Shown here: positions 17,014 through 27,326 of the stretch, in pieces
How positions within the stretch are numbered: the stretch's first letter is position 1
Layout: every line of letters starts with the position of its first letter
Assembly: GCA_003242605.2 (NCBI GenBank)
Contig: QGUZ02000001.1
Coordinates: 1-57,082 of the forward strand
Source: Actinomycetes bacterium
Lineage (GTDB): Bacteria > Actinomycetota > Actinomycetes > Streptosporangiales > Streptosporangiaceae
Reading direction: 5' to 3'
DNA: 57,082 nt
Program-made: the position numbers and the translations under genes
The notes under the pieces: generated by a model
Databases searched by the model: none
What the model was told of the DNA's origin: nothing
The model's input: the letters and a program-made list of their open reading frames with translations, nothing else

Positions 17014-19473
17014 TTGGTCAACACCGAGATCGCGCGCGAGCAGGCGTACGTGGAGCGGCTCTACCGGCGCGTCGACGAGCTGCGGGACGAGGCCGAACGG
17101 CGGCTCGCCACGGTGCTCCGCGAGGACGGGGAGACCGAGCAGTCCCGCGTGGAACGCGAGGCGATGTTCGCCCGGTACGCCGCGCGGGTGGCCCAGCTCG
17201 ACGCCGCCGAGCACGGCCTGTGCTTCGGGCGCCTCGACATGCGCGACGGCCGCCGCCGCTACATCGGGCGCATCGGCATCTCCGACGACTCCGGCACCGC
17301 CGACGGGGACGACGAGCCGCTGCTGCTCGACTGGCGCGCCCCGGCCGCCCGCCCCTTCTACATCGCCACCGCCGCCGCCCCCGAGGGGGTACGGCGGCGC
17401 CGCCACATCACCCTGCGCGGCCGCCGCGTGGTCGCCCTCGACGACGAGATCCTCGACCGGGACGCGGTCGGCGCCGAGGAGGAGGGGCTCGTCGGCGAGG
17501 CCGCGCTGCTCGCCGCGGTGACCGCCGCGCGGACCGGCCGGATGCGCGACATCGTCGAGACCATCCAGGCCGAGCAGGACGAGATCATCCGCGCCGACGC
17601 CCGCGGCGTGCTCGTCGTGCAGGGCGGCCCCGGCACCGGCAAGACCGCGGTCGCGCTGCACCGCGCCGCGTACCTGCTCTACACCCACCGGCACCTCGCC
17701 ACCCGCGGCGTGCTCGTGGTCGGCCCGAACGACGCCTTCCTCCGCTACATCGGCCAGGTGCTGCCCGGCCTCGGCGAGACGAGCGTGCTGCTCACCACCG
17801 TCGGCCGGATGTTCCCCGGCGTGGTCGCCGACCGGCCCGAGCGGCCGGAGACCGCCGAGATCAAGGGCCGGGCGGTGATGGCCGAGGTGATCGCCAACGC
17901 CGTACTGGACCGCCAGGCGCCACCCCGCGGGGACATCCCGTACCAGGACGGGACGCTGGTGCTGGCCGAGCGCGACTACCTGCGGCTCGCCCGGCGGGCA
18001 CGCGCCCGCCGGGCCACCCACAACGAGGCCGGGCGCGCCTTCCTGCGCGCGGTCGTCGACCTGCTCGCCCGGCAGGTCGCCGAGCGGCTCGAGGCCGTCG
18101 TGCTCGACGAGAACGGCGAGCCGCTCGACGGCGCCCCGGGCGGGGCGCTCACCGAGGAGGACCGGCGCGCCCTGATCGCCGCCGGATACCCCGAGGAGCT
18201 GCTCGACCTCGAGCTCGCCCTCGCCGGCGACGAGGCCGGGGACGGGCCGCGCCCGCTGCTCGACGAAACCGACCTCGCCGAGCTGCGCAAGGAGCTGTAC
18301 GCCGATCCCGGGGTGCGGGCCGCGCTGCGCGGGCTGTGGCCCATCCTCACCCCGCAGCGTCTGCTCGCGGACCTGTTCGCCGACGCCGACCGGCTCGCCG
18401 CCGCCGCGCCCATGCTCACCGAGCGGGAGCGCGAGCTGCTGCTCCGCGAGCCGGGCGGCGGCTGGAGCACGGCCGACGTGCCGCTGCTCGACGAGGCCGC
18501 CGAGCTGCTCGGCGAGGCCCGCCGTACCGGCCGCACGCGGGAGGAGATCGAGCGGGCCGAGGAGGTCGCCTACGCGCAGGGCGTGCTCGACGTCCTGGTC
18601 GGCTCCCGGTCGAGCGACCTGGAGGAGGGCGAGGAGGCGGAGATCCTCATCGCCTCCGACGTGATCGACGCCCACCGGCTCGCCGACCGGCACCGCGCGG
18701 CCGACCTGCGCACCCTCGCCGAGCGCGCCGCGGGCGACCGCACCTGGACGTTCGGGCACGTCGTCGTCGACGAGGCGCAGGAGCTGTCGGAGATGGCCTG
18801 GCGCATGCTCATGCGGCGCTGCCCCACCCGGTCGATGACGATCGTCGGCGACGTGGCCCAGACCGGCGACCCCGCGGGCACCACCTCGTGGAGCCGGGTG
18901 CTGGAGCCGCACGTGGGCGACCGGTGGCGGCTCGCCCGGCTCACCGTGAACTACCGCACCCCCGCGGAGATCATGACCGCGGCGACCCGGGCGCTCGCCG
19001 CCGCGTCCGGCGACCCGGACCTCGAGGTGGCGGCGCCCCGCTCGGTACGGGAGACCGGCGTGCCGCCGTGGCGGATGAGCACCGAGCCGGACGAGCTGCC
19101 GGAGATGCTCGCCCGGTGCGCCGCGTTCGAGCTGGCCACGCTCGACGAGGGGCGGCTCGCGGTGATCGTCCCGGACGCCCGGCGCGACGAGCTCGGCGCG
19201 GCCGTCGCCGCCGTGGTGCCGGAGACCTCCTACGGCGACGACCCGGACCTGGAGAGCCCGCTCGTGGTCCTCGGGGTGCGCCAGGCCAAGGGCCTGGAGT
19301 TCGACTCGGTGCTCATCGCCGACCCGGGCGGCATCCTCGCCGCCGGCCCGCGCGGCCGCAACGACCTGTACGTCGCAATGACCCGCGCCACCCAGCGCCT
19401 CGGGGTGATCCACCCGGGCCCGGCGCCCGAGCCGATCGCCGTCGCCATCCCCGGCCGGGACGCCGAGCGCTGA
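17014..19473 (+). CDS. helD: HelD-family RNA polymerase-associated helicase-like ATPase
   Basis: FGRLD, YIGRIGI, LDWRAPAA, TIQAEQD, GGPGTGKT, VDEAQE, KGLEFD, YVAMTRATQ. Likely start is TTG at 17014. Confidence 0.9.
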   Translation: MVNTEIAREQAYVERLYRRVDELRDEAERRLATVLREDGETEQSRVEREAMFARYAARVAQLDAAEHGLCFGRLDMRDGRRRYIGRIGISDDSGTADGDDEPLLLDWRAPAARPFYIATAAAPEGVRRRRHITLRGRRVVALDDEILDRDAVGAEEEGLVGEAALLAAVTAARTGRMRDIVETIQAEQDEIIRADARGVLVVQGGPGTGKTAVALHRAAYLLYTHRHLATRGVLVVGPNDAFLRYIGQVLPGLGETSVLLTTVGRMFPGVVADRPERPETAEIKGRAVMAEVIANAVLDRQAPPRGDIPYQDGTLVLAERDYLRLARRARARRATHNEAGRAFLRAVVDLLARQVAERLEAVVLDENGEPLDGAPGGALTEEDRRALIAAGYPEELLDLELALAGDEAGDGPRPLLDETDLAELRKELYADPGVRAALRGLWPILTPQRLLADLFADADRLAAAAPMLTERERELLLREPGGGWSTADVPLLDEAAELLGEARRTGRTREEIERAEEVAYAQGVLDVLVGSRSSDLEEGEEAEILIASDVIDAHRLADRHRAADLRTLAERAAGDRTWTFGHVVVDEAQELSEMAWRMLMRRCPTRSMTIVGDVAQTGDPAGTTSWSRVLEPHVGDRWRLARLTVNYRTPAEIMTAATRALAAASGDPDLEVAAPRSVRETGVPPWRMSTEPDELPEMLARCAAFELATLDEGRLAVIVPDARRDELGAAVAAVVPETSYGDDPDLESPLVVLGVRQAKGLEFDSVLIADPGGILAAGPRGRNDLYVAMTRATQRLGVIHPGPAPEPIAVAIPGRDAER

Positions 19474-19586
19474 CCCGGCCGCGCCGTACCGCGCGGAAGA
19501 CGACCTGCCGGGGACGCCCGCGGCACGGCGCACTGGGCCGCCAGGGCGATGTGCGAATACGGCCGCCGTGGCGGGCGTCCCGCCAC

Positions 19587-19894
19587 GTGCCACGGACCCG
19601 GCTCGCGGCGTACACGGTCTGCCTGCGGGACGACGAGGTGCTGCTCGCGCACCGGATCGGGCACGACAGGCCGCGCTGGACGCTGCCCGGCGGGGGCGTC
19701 GAGCCGGGGGAGGACCCGTACGACGCGGCGATCCGGGAGGTGGCGGAGGAGACCGGCTACCGGGTGGCGATCGAGCGGCGCTGGCCGCCGCCGGCCAGGT
19801 CAGGAAGGTGCGGTTCGGCCCCGGCGGCCGCGTCCTCGCCGTGGCCGCGGGCGACGTCGTGCAGCTGTGGACCGTCGACCGGCCGGGCGGCTGA
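19587..19894 (+). pseudogene. Truncated NUDIX hydrolase joined out of frame to a WD40-like C-terminal fragment
   Basis: Nudix box GGGVEPGEDPYDAAIREVAEETGY, after which similarity stops; another frame reads VRKVRFGPGGRVLAVAAGDVVQLWTV to the stop at 19894. Confidence 0.65.
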
Positions 19895-19922
19895 GCCCGC
19901 CCCGCACGCCCGTGCGCGCCCC

Positions 19923-19946
19923 GGTACGGCACGGCCGTGCCGTACC
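19923..19946. repeat. Perfect 24-bp palindrome GGTACGGCACGGCCGTGCCGTACC
   Basis: Read directly from the sequence. Confidence 0.9.
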
Positions 19947-20015
19947 CGTCCGCGCGGGCGCGGATGCCCCGGCCCTGGCGGGGAAGGGACCAGACCGCCA
20001 GGGAGGTGACGAGCC

Positions 20016-20318
20016 ATGGGGTTCGGACGGAATCGCAGCGGGACCGAGCCGGTCACCGCGCGCAGCCCGCTGCGGGCGCGCGCCGTGCTGTCGGGGGTGG
20101 TGCTGCCGATCGCGCTGATCGCCGCGGTCTACTTCACGGTGCGCGCGCTGCGCGAGGGGGCGCCGGTGTGGTGGGCCGAGGCGATCATCTCGGCCGCCGT
20201 CGCCGTGATCGCCGCGATCGACCTGCTCGTGCTGCGGCGGCGCCTGCGCGAGGCCCGCGAGGCGGCCGCTGCCGCGGAGGCCGCCGCCCGCCGGGACGGC
20301 GGAACGCCCCCGGCCTGA
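20016..20318 (+). CDS. Small two-TM actinobacterial membrane protein (DUF6343-like)
   Basis: RSGTEPVTARSPLRAR...AAIDLLVLRRR; GGAGG SD. Confidence 0.75.
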   Translation: MGFGRNRSGTEPVTARSPLRARAVLSGVVLPIALIAAVYFTVRALREGAPVWWAEAIISAAVAVIAAIDLLVLRRRLREAREAAAAAEAAARRDGGTPPA

Positions 20319-20324
20319 GGCGGC

Positions 20325-21536
20325 TCAGCGGGTGCCGCGGACGACCGCGAGGGACTGCGCCGCGATCTCGAGCTCCTCGTCGGTCGGGATGACGAGTACG
20401 GCGACCTCGGCGTCCGGCGGGGAGATGAACCGCTCCGCCGGCGCGGCGGCGAAGTTCCGCTCCGGGTCGACGGCGATGCCGAGCCGGTCCAGGCCGGCGA
20501 GGGAGTCGGCCCGGGTGTACGGGTCGTTCTCGCCCACCCCGCCGGTGAACACCACCGCGTCCACCCGGCCGAGCACCGCGTAGTAGGCGCCGACGTACTT
20601 GCGGATGCGGTAGCAGTACACCGCCAGGGCGAGCCGGGCGCCCTCGTCCCCGGCCTCGGCCTTGGCGCGCACCTGCCGCATGTCGCTCGCCCCGGCGAGG
20701 GCGAGCAGGCCGCTCCGCCGGGTCAGCGCGTCGTCTACCTCCTGCAGGGTGAGGCCCGCGGTCCGGGCGAGGTGCGCGGGCAGCGCCGGGTCGACGTCGC
20801 CCGAGCGGGTGCCCATCACCAGGCCCTCCAGCGGCGTCAGCCCCATCGAGGTGTCCACGCTGCGCCCGCGCTCGATCGCCGCCGCGCTCGCGCCGTTGCC
20901 GAGGTGCAGCACGATCTGGTTCAGCTCGGACGGGTCCCGGCCGAGCAGCTCGGCCGCGCGCCGCGAGACGTAGGCGTAGGAGGTGCCGTGGAAGCCGTAG
21001 CGGCGCACCCCGTGCTCGGCGGCCCACTCGGCCGGCACCGCGTAGGTGTACGCCTCCGGCGGGAGCGTCTGGTGGAACGCGGTGTCGAACACCGCCACGT
21101 GCGGGATGTCCGGGAAGATGCGCAGCGCCGCTCGGATGCCGATGAGGTTGCCGGGGTTGTGCAGCGGGGCGAGCACGGCGAGCTCGTCGATCGTCCGCAG
21201 CACCTCGTCGTCGATGAGCACCGGGTCCCGGAACCGGGCGCCGCCGTGCACCACCCGGTGCCCGACCGCGCGCAGGCTGAGCCGCTCCAGCGCCAGCCCG
21301 GTCTCGGCGAACGCCCGCACCACCGCGGTCATCCCGGTCTCGTGGTCCGGGTACGGCTCGTGCCGCACGTACGGCTCGGCGCCCGCGGGCCGGTGGGTGA
21401 GCATGCCCTCGTCCTGGCCGATGCGCTCCACTCGCCCGGTGGCGAGCCGCTGCCGCCCGGTCATGTCGAGCAGCTCGTACTTGATCGAGGAGGAGCCGAT
21501 GTTGAGCACCAGGACGTGGTCGGGCGTCTCCGTCAC
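20325..21536 (-). CDS. ackA: Acetate kinase
   Basis: VLVLNIGSSSIKY, GHRVVHGG, APLHNP, FDTAFH, RRYGFHGTS, HLGNGAS, DTSMGLTPLEGLVMGTRSGD, FTGGVGEN, PTDEE. Confidence 0.95.
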   Translation of the reverse strand: MTETPDHVLVLNIGSSSIKYELLDMTGRQRLATGRVERIGQDEGMLTHRPAGAEPYVRHEPYPDHETGMTAVVRAFAETGLALERLSLRAVGHRVVHGGARFRDPVLIDDEVLRTIDELAVLAPLHNPGNLIGIRAALRIFPDIPHVAVFDTAFHQTLPPEAYTYAVPAEWAAEHGVRRYGFHGTSYAYVSRRAAELLGRDPSELNQIVLHLGNGASAAAIERGRSVDTSMGLTPLEGLVMGTRSGDVDPALPAHLARTAGLTLQEVDDALTRRSGLLALAGASDMRQVRAKAEAGDEGARLALAVYCYRIRKYVGAYYAVLGRVDAVVFTGGVGENDPYTRADSLAGLDRLGIAVDPERNFAAAPAERFISPPDAEVAVLVIPTDEELEIAAQSLAVVRGTR

Positions 21537-21624
21537 CGCTTCCTCACCGTCTCCCCGCACCCCGGTCCGTCGCCGGCGCCGCACCGGCACCGCCCCCCGC
21601 CGCTGCCGTGCCCCGGCCGTCCGT

Positions 21625-21654
21625 GTTCCTGCTGATTTCGTTCCTGCTGATTTC
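21625..21654. repeat. Perfect 15-bp tandem duplication (GTTCCTGCTGATTTC x2) upstream of ackA
   Basis: Read directly from the sequence. Confidence 0.9.
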
Positions 21655-21781
21655 TTCGCGTACCACCCTATCGGGATCTTCCTGCGCCCCGGGGCGCGGG
21701 TGTGCGGAAGGGGAGGGCCCGGGGAACCGGGCCGGCCGGCCCGCCGTGCCTCGCGCGGGCCGGCCGGCGTGCGGGCCTGGT

Positions 21782-22774
21782 TCACCGGGGAATCCAGTCC
21801 TGCCAGACGATCTTGTTGGCGTCGACCCACTTCTTCGCCGCCTGCTCCGGGGTGAGGCCGTTGTTCACGATGTCGTTGGCGACCGCGTTCTGGTCGTCGT
21901 TGGTCCACTGGAAGTTGCGGACCAGCTCGTAGGCCGTCCCGCCGTTCCGGGCGAAGTCCGCCGAGACGATCTTGTCGAGCAGGTAGGGCGGGTAGTCGCA
22001 GGCCACCTTCTTGGGGTCGGCGTCGCACCCGATCGCGTACGGCGGCAGGTTGACCTTGACGAGCTTGAGCTGGGTGAACAGCCACTGCGGCTCGTAGAAG
22101 TACATGAGCAGCGGGGTCTTGTTCCGGGTGGCGCGCTTCGCCGCCGCGATGAGCGCCTTCTCCGAGCCGCTGTAGACCACCTTGTAGTCCAGCTTCAGGT
22201 TCCGCACCAGCGCCTCGTCGTTGGTGACGTACGTCGGGTCGCCGTCGAGGAGCTGGCCCTTGTCGCCGGACTTGGCGGTGCGGAACAGGTGGGCGTACTT
22301 GTTGAGGTTCCGCCAGTCGGTGATGTCGGGGTACTTCTCGGCCATCCACTGGGGCACGTACCAGCCGATCACGCCGATGTTGCCGTTCGGCCCGGCGTTC
22401 ACCGCGAGCTTCTTCTGCTCGATGTACTCCTTCTTCTCGGCCTCCCGCCCCCAGTTCTCGATGATGATGTCGACCGAGCCGTTCTCGAACCCCTTCCAGG
22501 AGTCGGGTTCGGTCAGCTCCTTGGTCTCGACCTGGTAGCCGAGCTCGTGCTCGAGCAGGTACTTCACGACGGCGGCGCTGGCCTGGTAGCCCACCCAGGG
22601 GTTGATCGCGAGGCGGATCGGGCGGTTGAGGCCGCTCTGCGCCTCGCCACCGCCCGTCCCCGTCGGCTCCGTGTCGCCGCTGCACGCGGCGAGGGGGAGC
22701 AGGACCGCGACGGCCGCGATCACCGCGAGCGGGCCGCGGCCGGCCCGCCGTCCGGCGGCGCCGAAACCGATCAT
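21782..22774 (-). CDS. Glycine betaine/choline-type (OpuAC/ProX) substrate-binding lipoprotein, copy 2
   Basis: Lipobox LAAC; INPWVGY, ENWG, GWYVP, DGDP, YFYEPQW; ATGA overlap with copy 1. Confidence 0.9.
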   Translation of the reverse strand: MIGFGAAGRRAGRGPLAVIAAVAVLLPLAACSGDTEPTGTGGGEAQSGLNRPIRLAINPWVGYQASAAVVKYLLEHELGYQVETKELTEPDSWKGFENGSVDIIIENWGREAEKKEYIEQKKLAVNAGPNGNIGVIGWYVPQWMAEKYPDITDWRNLNKYAHLFRTAKSGDKGQLLDGDPTYVTNDEALVRNLKLDYKVVYSGSEKALIAAAKRATRNKTPLLMYFYEPQWLFTQLKLVKVNLPPYAIGCDADPKKVACDYPPYLLDKIVSADFARNGGTAYELVRNFQWTNDDQNAVANDIVNNGLTPEQAAKKWVDANKIVWQDWIPR

Positions 22775-23751
22775 TGCGGGATCCACGCCTTCCACTTGTC
22801 GGGGTTGGCGTCGACCCACTTCTTCGCCGCCTCCTCGGGCGTCATCCCGTTGTTCACCATGTCATTGGCGACCTGGTTCTGGTCGTCGTTGGTCCACTGG
22901 AAGTTCTTGACGAGCTCGTACGCCTTGCCGCCGGTCTCCGCGAATCGCTTTGACACGATCTTGTCAAGGTCGTACTCCGGATAGTCACAGGCGACCTTCT
23001 TCGGGTCGTCGGCACACCCCTCGGTGTATTCCGGCAGCTTCACCCGCACCAGCTCGATCTGGGAGAACAGCCACTGCGGCTCATAGAAATACATGAGCAG
23101 CGGCTTGCGCTGGGCGGTGGCCTGCTGCGCCGCCTTGATCAACGCCGGCTCGCTCCCGGCGTAGACCACCTTGAAGTTGAGCTTCAGATTCTTGACCAGC
23201 GCCTCGTCGTTGGTGACGAAAGACGGGTCACCGTCGAGCAGCTGCCCCTTGTCGCCCGACTCGGAGGTCTTGAACAGGTCGGCGTACTTGTTGAGGTTCC
23301 GCCAGTCGGTGATGTCGGGATACTTTTCCACCATCCACTTCGGGACGTACCACCCGATGATGCCCTTGTTGCCGGTGGGGCCGGCCTCGACGGCGACCTG
23401 GTCCTGCTCGATGTACTTCTTCTTCAGGTCCTCGTGGCCCCAGTTCTCCAGGATGACGTCGACCTCACCGTTGGCGAAGCCCTGCCAGGAGATCTCCTCC
23501 TTGAGCTCCTTCTTCTCGACCTTGTATCCCAGCTCGTGCTCGAGCAGGTAGGAGACGACCGCCGCGTTCGCCTCGTACCCCACCCACGGGTTGATCGCGA
23601 TCTTCACGGTGCCCGCGGACGACGCCCCCGCGCCTCCCGCCGACGGAGCCGCCGAACCGGAGGACGTTCCGCCGTCCACCGTCGCGCCACCGCAGCTCGT
23701 CGAGGCGAGGGCGAGCAGGAGTGCCCCGGTGATGAGCCGAATTCGTCGCAT
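22771..23751 (-). CDS. Glycine betaine/choline-type substrate-binding lipoprotein, copy 1
   Basis: Signal peptide ending in Cys (STSC), same motifs as copy 2; GGAGG SD before the ATG at 23751. Confidence 0.9.
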   Translation of the reverse strand: MRRIRLITGALLLALASTSCGGATVDGGTSSGSAAPSAGGAGASSAGTVKIAINPWVGYEANAAVVSYLLEHELGYKVEKKELKEEISWQGFANGEVDVILENWGHEDLKKKYIEQDQVAVEAGPTGNKGIIGWYVPKWMVEKYPDITDWRNLNKYADLFKTSESGDKGQLLDGDPSFVTNDEALVKNLKLNFKVVYAGSEPALIKAAQQATAQRKPLLMYFYEPQWLFSQIELVRVKLPEYTEGCADDPKKVACDYPEYDLDKIVSKRFAETGGKAYELVKNFQWTNDDQNQVANDMVNNGMTPEEAAKKWVDANPDKWKAWIPQ

Positions 23752-23868
23752 ATTCGTGTCCTCCAGAGGGCGTTGACCCGGCGTCGGGAGTCGCCGGCGA
23801 CGACGCACATAACGGTCGTGTTTGACAATTTCGGCCGACGACTGCGGTGGCCAATCGCCGGCCCGTAA

Positions 23869-23901
23869 TTCCGGCGGGAACGCACGCGAGTCCCGCCGGA
23901 A
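23869..23901. other. 11-bp perfect-stem hairpin upstream of the binding-protein operon
   Basis: TTCCGGCGGGA-N11-TCCCGCCGGAA. Confidence 0.6.
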
Positions 23902-24292
23902 CCGAGGAACGCTAACGCTATCCGCGGTGTATCCGAGCCTACGAGTACTGCGCGGGAGGATAGGGCAAAACGCCGGGAATCGGTACGCCGTGATGCTACG
24001 GAGATGTCGCGAGGTCCATTCTGTTACCTCTTGTCGAGTTGAGTTGTTGAGCGTGATGTCCGGTTAAGCCCATGATGTGCGTGTTTGCGCGTCATGCGTC
24101 AAGTTGGGGCTCCAGCTTTCTGGTAATGGGGGGGTGTCAGATCCCTTTTTTCGTGACTACGTTCAACTTGGTGCGCCTGGTATTGGTGTGCTCAATTTGC
24201 TGCTCCCCCAACTGGCTTCTTCAGGGGTCGCTTGGCTCACCTAGGCCGGGCGTCCCGCTGTGGGCCGAGGTCGGCGAGAGGTCGGACCTGGC

Positions 24293-27265
24293 GTGAGTAC
24301 GACACATGTGCCCCACACCGGAAAAGGACCGGGTGACGCGCCCGCCGCGGGCGCGCCGCGGGCGGGTGGTCCCGCCGCCGGGCGGGCGCGGACGGCGCCG
24401 CCGGGCGGTCTGCTGAGCGTGCTCGACGTGCGCAACTGGCGGGTGCGCACCCGGCTGGTCGCGCTGATCCTGGTGCCCACCGTGGCGGTGGTGCTGATCG
24501 GCGGCTACCAGATCGCCTCGGCGATGAGCGCCGCCGAGGAGTTCCAGCGCGTCAACCAGCTCGCCAAGCTGGTGCAGAGCGTCTCGGAGCTCGGCCACGA
24601 GCTGTCCGCGGAACGCGACATGACCGCCATGCACATCGCCCGCGGCCACCCCGACGCGGAGAAGGCGGGCCTGGACGCCCAGATGGGCCGGGTGGACGCC
24701 GCGGCCGCCGCGGTGCGCGCCCAGGCGGCGGTGGTGCAGAACGAGGTCACCGGCCGCACCGCGGACGAGGTGGCGACGGTGCTCAACCGGATCGGCAACC
24801 TGCCCACGCTGCGCCGGCAGGCCGCGAGCCGGCAGCTGCTGCCGGACGCCGCGTTCGAGCAGTACTCGTTGATCATCGGAGACCTGCTCTCGCTCTACGA
24901 CGAGCTGGGCAAGGGCAGCGGCGACGACGAACTGTTCGGCGGCGCGGCGACCCTGGAGTCCCTCACCAGGGCGAAGGAGGCGCTCTCCCGGCAGCGCGGC
25001 CTCGTCGCCGTCGTCATCACCGCCGACCGCTTCGAGCAGCGGCAGCTGCAGGACTTCCTCGGCGCGATCTCCCAGGAGGAGGCCCACCGCCGGGCCTTCC
25101 TCGCCGAGGCGAGCAGGGCCGACCGGCGCTTCTTCGACGAGACCGTCAACGGCAGCGTCACCGAGCGGGCGTCCTTCCTGCGGCAGCTCGTGCTGATCCG
25201 CGCCACCGTCGGCGCGAGCCTCAAGGGCCTCGACCTCACCAGGGGCAGGCAGGACGACGCGCAGGAGTGGTTCAAGGCCGCGAGCGCCGTGATCGACGCG
25301 ATGCACCGGGTCGAGCAGCGGCACATGCAGGCGATCCTCACCCGCAGCGCCGACCTGGAGAGCTCCGAGCGCGGCTCGGCCTTCCTGCTCGCCGGCGCCG
25401 TCGGCCTCATCGTGGTCGTGGTCCTGCTCGTCACCACCGGCGTCGCCCAGTCCCTGGTACGGCCGCTGCGGCGGCTGCGCAGCGACGCGCTCGACGTGGC
25501 CCTGCGCCGGCTGCCCGAGGTGGTGCAGCGGCTCCGGGAGACCGCCTCGGACGCGCCCCCGCCGGAGATCGCCCCGATCGGCATCCACACCAAGGACGAG
25601 ATCGGCGAGGTCGCGCGGGCGTTCGACGAGGTCCACCGCGAGGCGGTGCGGCTGGCGAGCGAGGAGGCGCGGCTGCGCAGCAACATCAACGCGATCTTCG
25701 TCAACCTGTCGCGGCGCAGCCAGACCCTGGTCGAGCGCCAGCTCGCCCTCATCGAGCGGCTGGAGCAGGGCGAGGAGAACGAGCGGCGGCTCGCCGACCT
25801 GTTCACCCTCGACCACCTCGCCACCCGCATGCGCCGCAACAGCGAGAACCTGCTGGTCCTCGCCGGCCAGGACGTGTCGCGGCGGCACAGCGAGCCGGTC
25901 GAGCTGATGGACGTGGTGCGCGCCGCGCTGTCGGAGGTGGAGAACTACGAGCGCGCCGTGCTGCGGCTGCAGTCGGAGGTCGCGATCGCCGGGCAGGCGG
26001 TCAACGACGTGGTCCACCTGCTCGCCGAGCTGATCGAGAACGCGCTGTGGTTCTCCCCGGCCGACACCAAGGTCTACATCTCCAGCAACCGCATCGACGG
26101 CAGCGGCGTGATGATCTCGGTGACCGACCAGGGCATCGGCATGTCGCCGGAGGAGCTCGCCCAGGTCAACTGGCGCCTCGCCGACCCGCCGGTGGTGGAC
26201 GTCGCCGCCTCGCGGCGCATGGGCCTGTTCGTGGTCGGCCGGCTGGCGATGCGGCACGGCATCCGGGTGCAGCTCCGCTCCCAGGACTCCGGCGGCCTCA
26301 CCGCCATGGTGCTGCTGCCGGAGAACCTCATCGTGCCCATCCCCGGCGCGTTCCCCGGCATGCCGATGCCGCCCGGCCAGGCGCCGGTGACCGGGCAGTT
26401 CGCGCCCCCGCCCGGTGCGCCCTTCGGCACGATCCCGCCGCAGGCCGGGCCCGGCCCGCTGTCCGGCCCGGCGGAGGCCGCGCCGTTCCCCGGCGCCGCA
26501 CCGGCCGGCGGCCCCGCCGCGCGCACCGGCGAGACCCTCGGCATGGACCGGCTGCGGCCGTTCACGCCGCCGGAGCCGCCGCACCTCAACGCGCCCTGGC
26601 CGGGCGCGGAGACGCTCGACGCACCGGCCGAGCAGGCCGCGGGCGACGCCCCGGCCTGGCCGGAGCTGCCGCCGGCCCGGTCGGGGTTCCCCGAGCCCCC
26701 GTCGTTCCGGCCCGTCGGCGCGCAGCCCGAGGCCCCGGCCGACCCGCTGTCCGGGCCGGGCTGGAGCGCCGCGCCGTCCGACCCCGGCGACCGGGGCTCC
26801 GCGACCGGTGGCGAGTGGGGTGCCGCCGAGCGGCCCGCCGCCCAGGAGGCCGGGCGGACGGAGCAGCAGGACGACGAGTACCTGCCCATCTACGCCGAGG
26901 TCGAGTCGCACTGGTTCCGGCGCTCGTCCTCGGCCTCCGGCGACGGCAAGGGCTCCGCCGGCTGGTCCTCGCCCGCCGACGAGGGGTGGCGCGCGGCCCA
27001 GTCCGCAGCCCAGCCCACCAAGGGCGGCGTCACCGCCGGGGGCCTGCCGAAGCGGGTGCCGAAGGCGAACCTCGTGCCCGGCCGGGTGGGCCCGGCGGCC
27101 CCGCCGGGCCCCCGCCAGCGGCCGCAGCTCTCGCCCGACCGCATGCGCAGCCGGCTGTCCAGCTACCAGTCCGGGCTGCGGCGCGGCCGGGAGGCGATCC
27201 GCCGCGAGAACGCCGGGACCGCGGCCGACGGCACTACCGGAACGACCGAGGAGAAAGGGGAGTGA
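24293..27265 (+). CDS. Conservon CvnA-type sensor histidine kinase (NIT-like extracellular domain, HAMP, HATPase, low-complexity tail)
   Basis: Two TMs; LSRRSQTLVERQL, LDHLATRMRRNSENLLVLAG, LLAELIENA..FS, DQGIGM, RRMGLFVVGRLA, GLPKRVP tail. Confidence 0.9.
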   Translation: MSTTHVPHTGKGPGDAPAAGAPRAGGPAAGRARTAPPGGLLSVLDVRNWRVRTRLVALILVPTVAVVLIGGYQIASAMSAAEEFQRVNQLAKLVQSVSELGHELSAERDMTAMHIARGHPDAEKAGLDAQMGRVDAAAAAVRAQAAVVQNEVTGRTADEVATVLNRIGNLPTLRRQAASRQLLPDAAFEQYSLIIGDLLSLYDELGKGSGDDELFGGAATLESLTRAKEALSRQRGLVAVVITADRFEQRQLQDFLGAISQEEAHRRAFLAEASRADRRFFDETVNGSVTERASFLRQLVLIRATVGASLKGLDLTRGRQDDAQEWFKAASAVIDAMHRVEQRHMQAILTRSADLESSERGSAFLLAGAVGLIVVVVLLVTTGVAQSLVRPLRRLRSDALDVALRRLPEVVQRLRETASDAPPPEIAPIGIHTKDEIGEVARAFDEVHREAVRLASEEARLRSNINAIFVNLSRRSQTLVERQLALIERLEQGEENERRLADLFTLDHLATRMRRNSENLLVLAGQDVSRRHSEPVELMDVVRAALSEVENYERAVLRLQSEVAIAGQAVNDVVHLLAELIENALWFSPADTKVYISSNRIDGSGVMISVTDQGIGMSPEELAQVNWRLADPPVVDVAASRRMGLFVVGRLAMRHGIRVQLRSQDSGGLTAMVLLPENLIVPIPGAFPGMPMPPGQAPVTGQFAPPPGAPFGTIPPQAGPGPLSGPAEAAPFPGAAPAGGPAARTGETLGMDRLRPFTPPEPPHLNAPWPGAETLDAPAEQAAGDAPAWPELPPARSGFPEPPSFRPVGAQPEAPADPLSGPGWSAAPSDPGDRGSATGGEWGAAERPAAQEAGRTEQQDDEYLPIYAEVESHWFRRSSSASGDGKGSAGWSSPADEGWRAAQSAAQPTKGGVTAGGLPKRVPKANLVPGRVGPAAPPGPRQRPQLSPDRMRSRLSSYQSGLRRGREAIRRENAGTAADGTTGTTEEKGE

Positions 27266-27326
27266 GACGTGATCAACGCGCTTCGCGTGAGTCGTTTATT
27301 CCGCCACGAGTGACAGGAGAGACGCG

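Noticed and set aside
24128-24151. Terminator-like GGGG...TCCC-TTTTTT before the kinase
   Set aside because: Stem of only 3-4 bp; too weak to call.
23752-24292. c-di-AMP or other riboswitch ahead of the osmolyte-binding proteins
   Set aside because: No recognisable riboswitch consensus; only one isolated hairpin.
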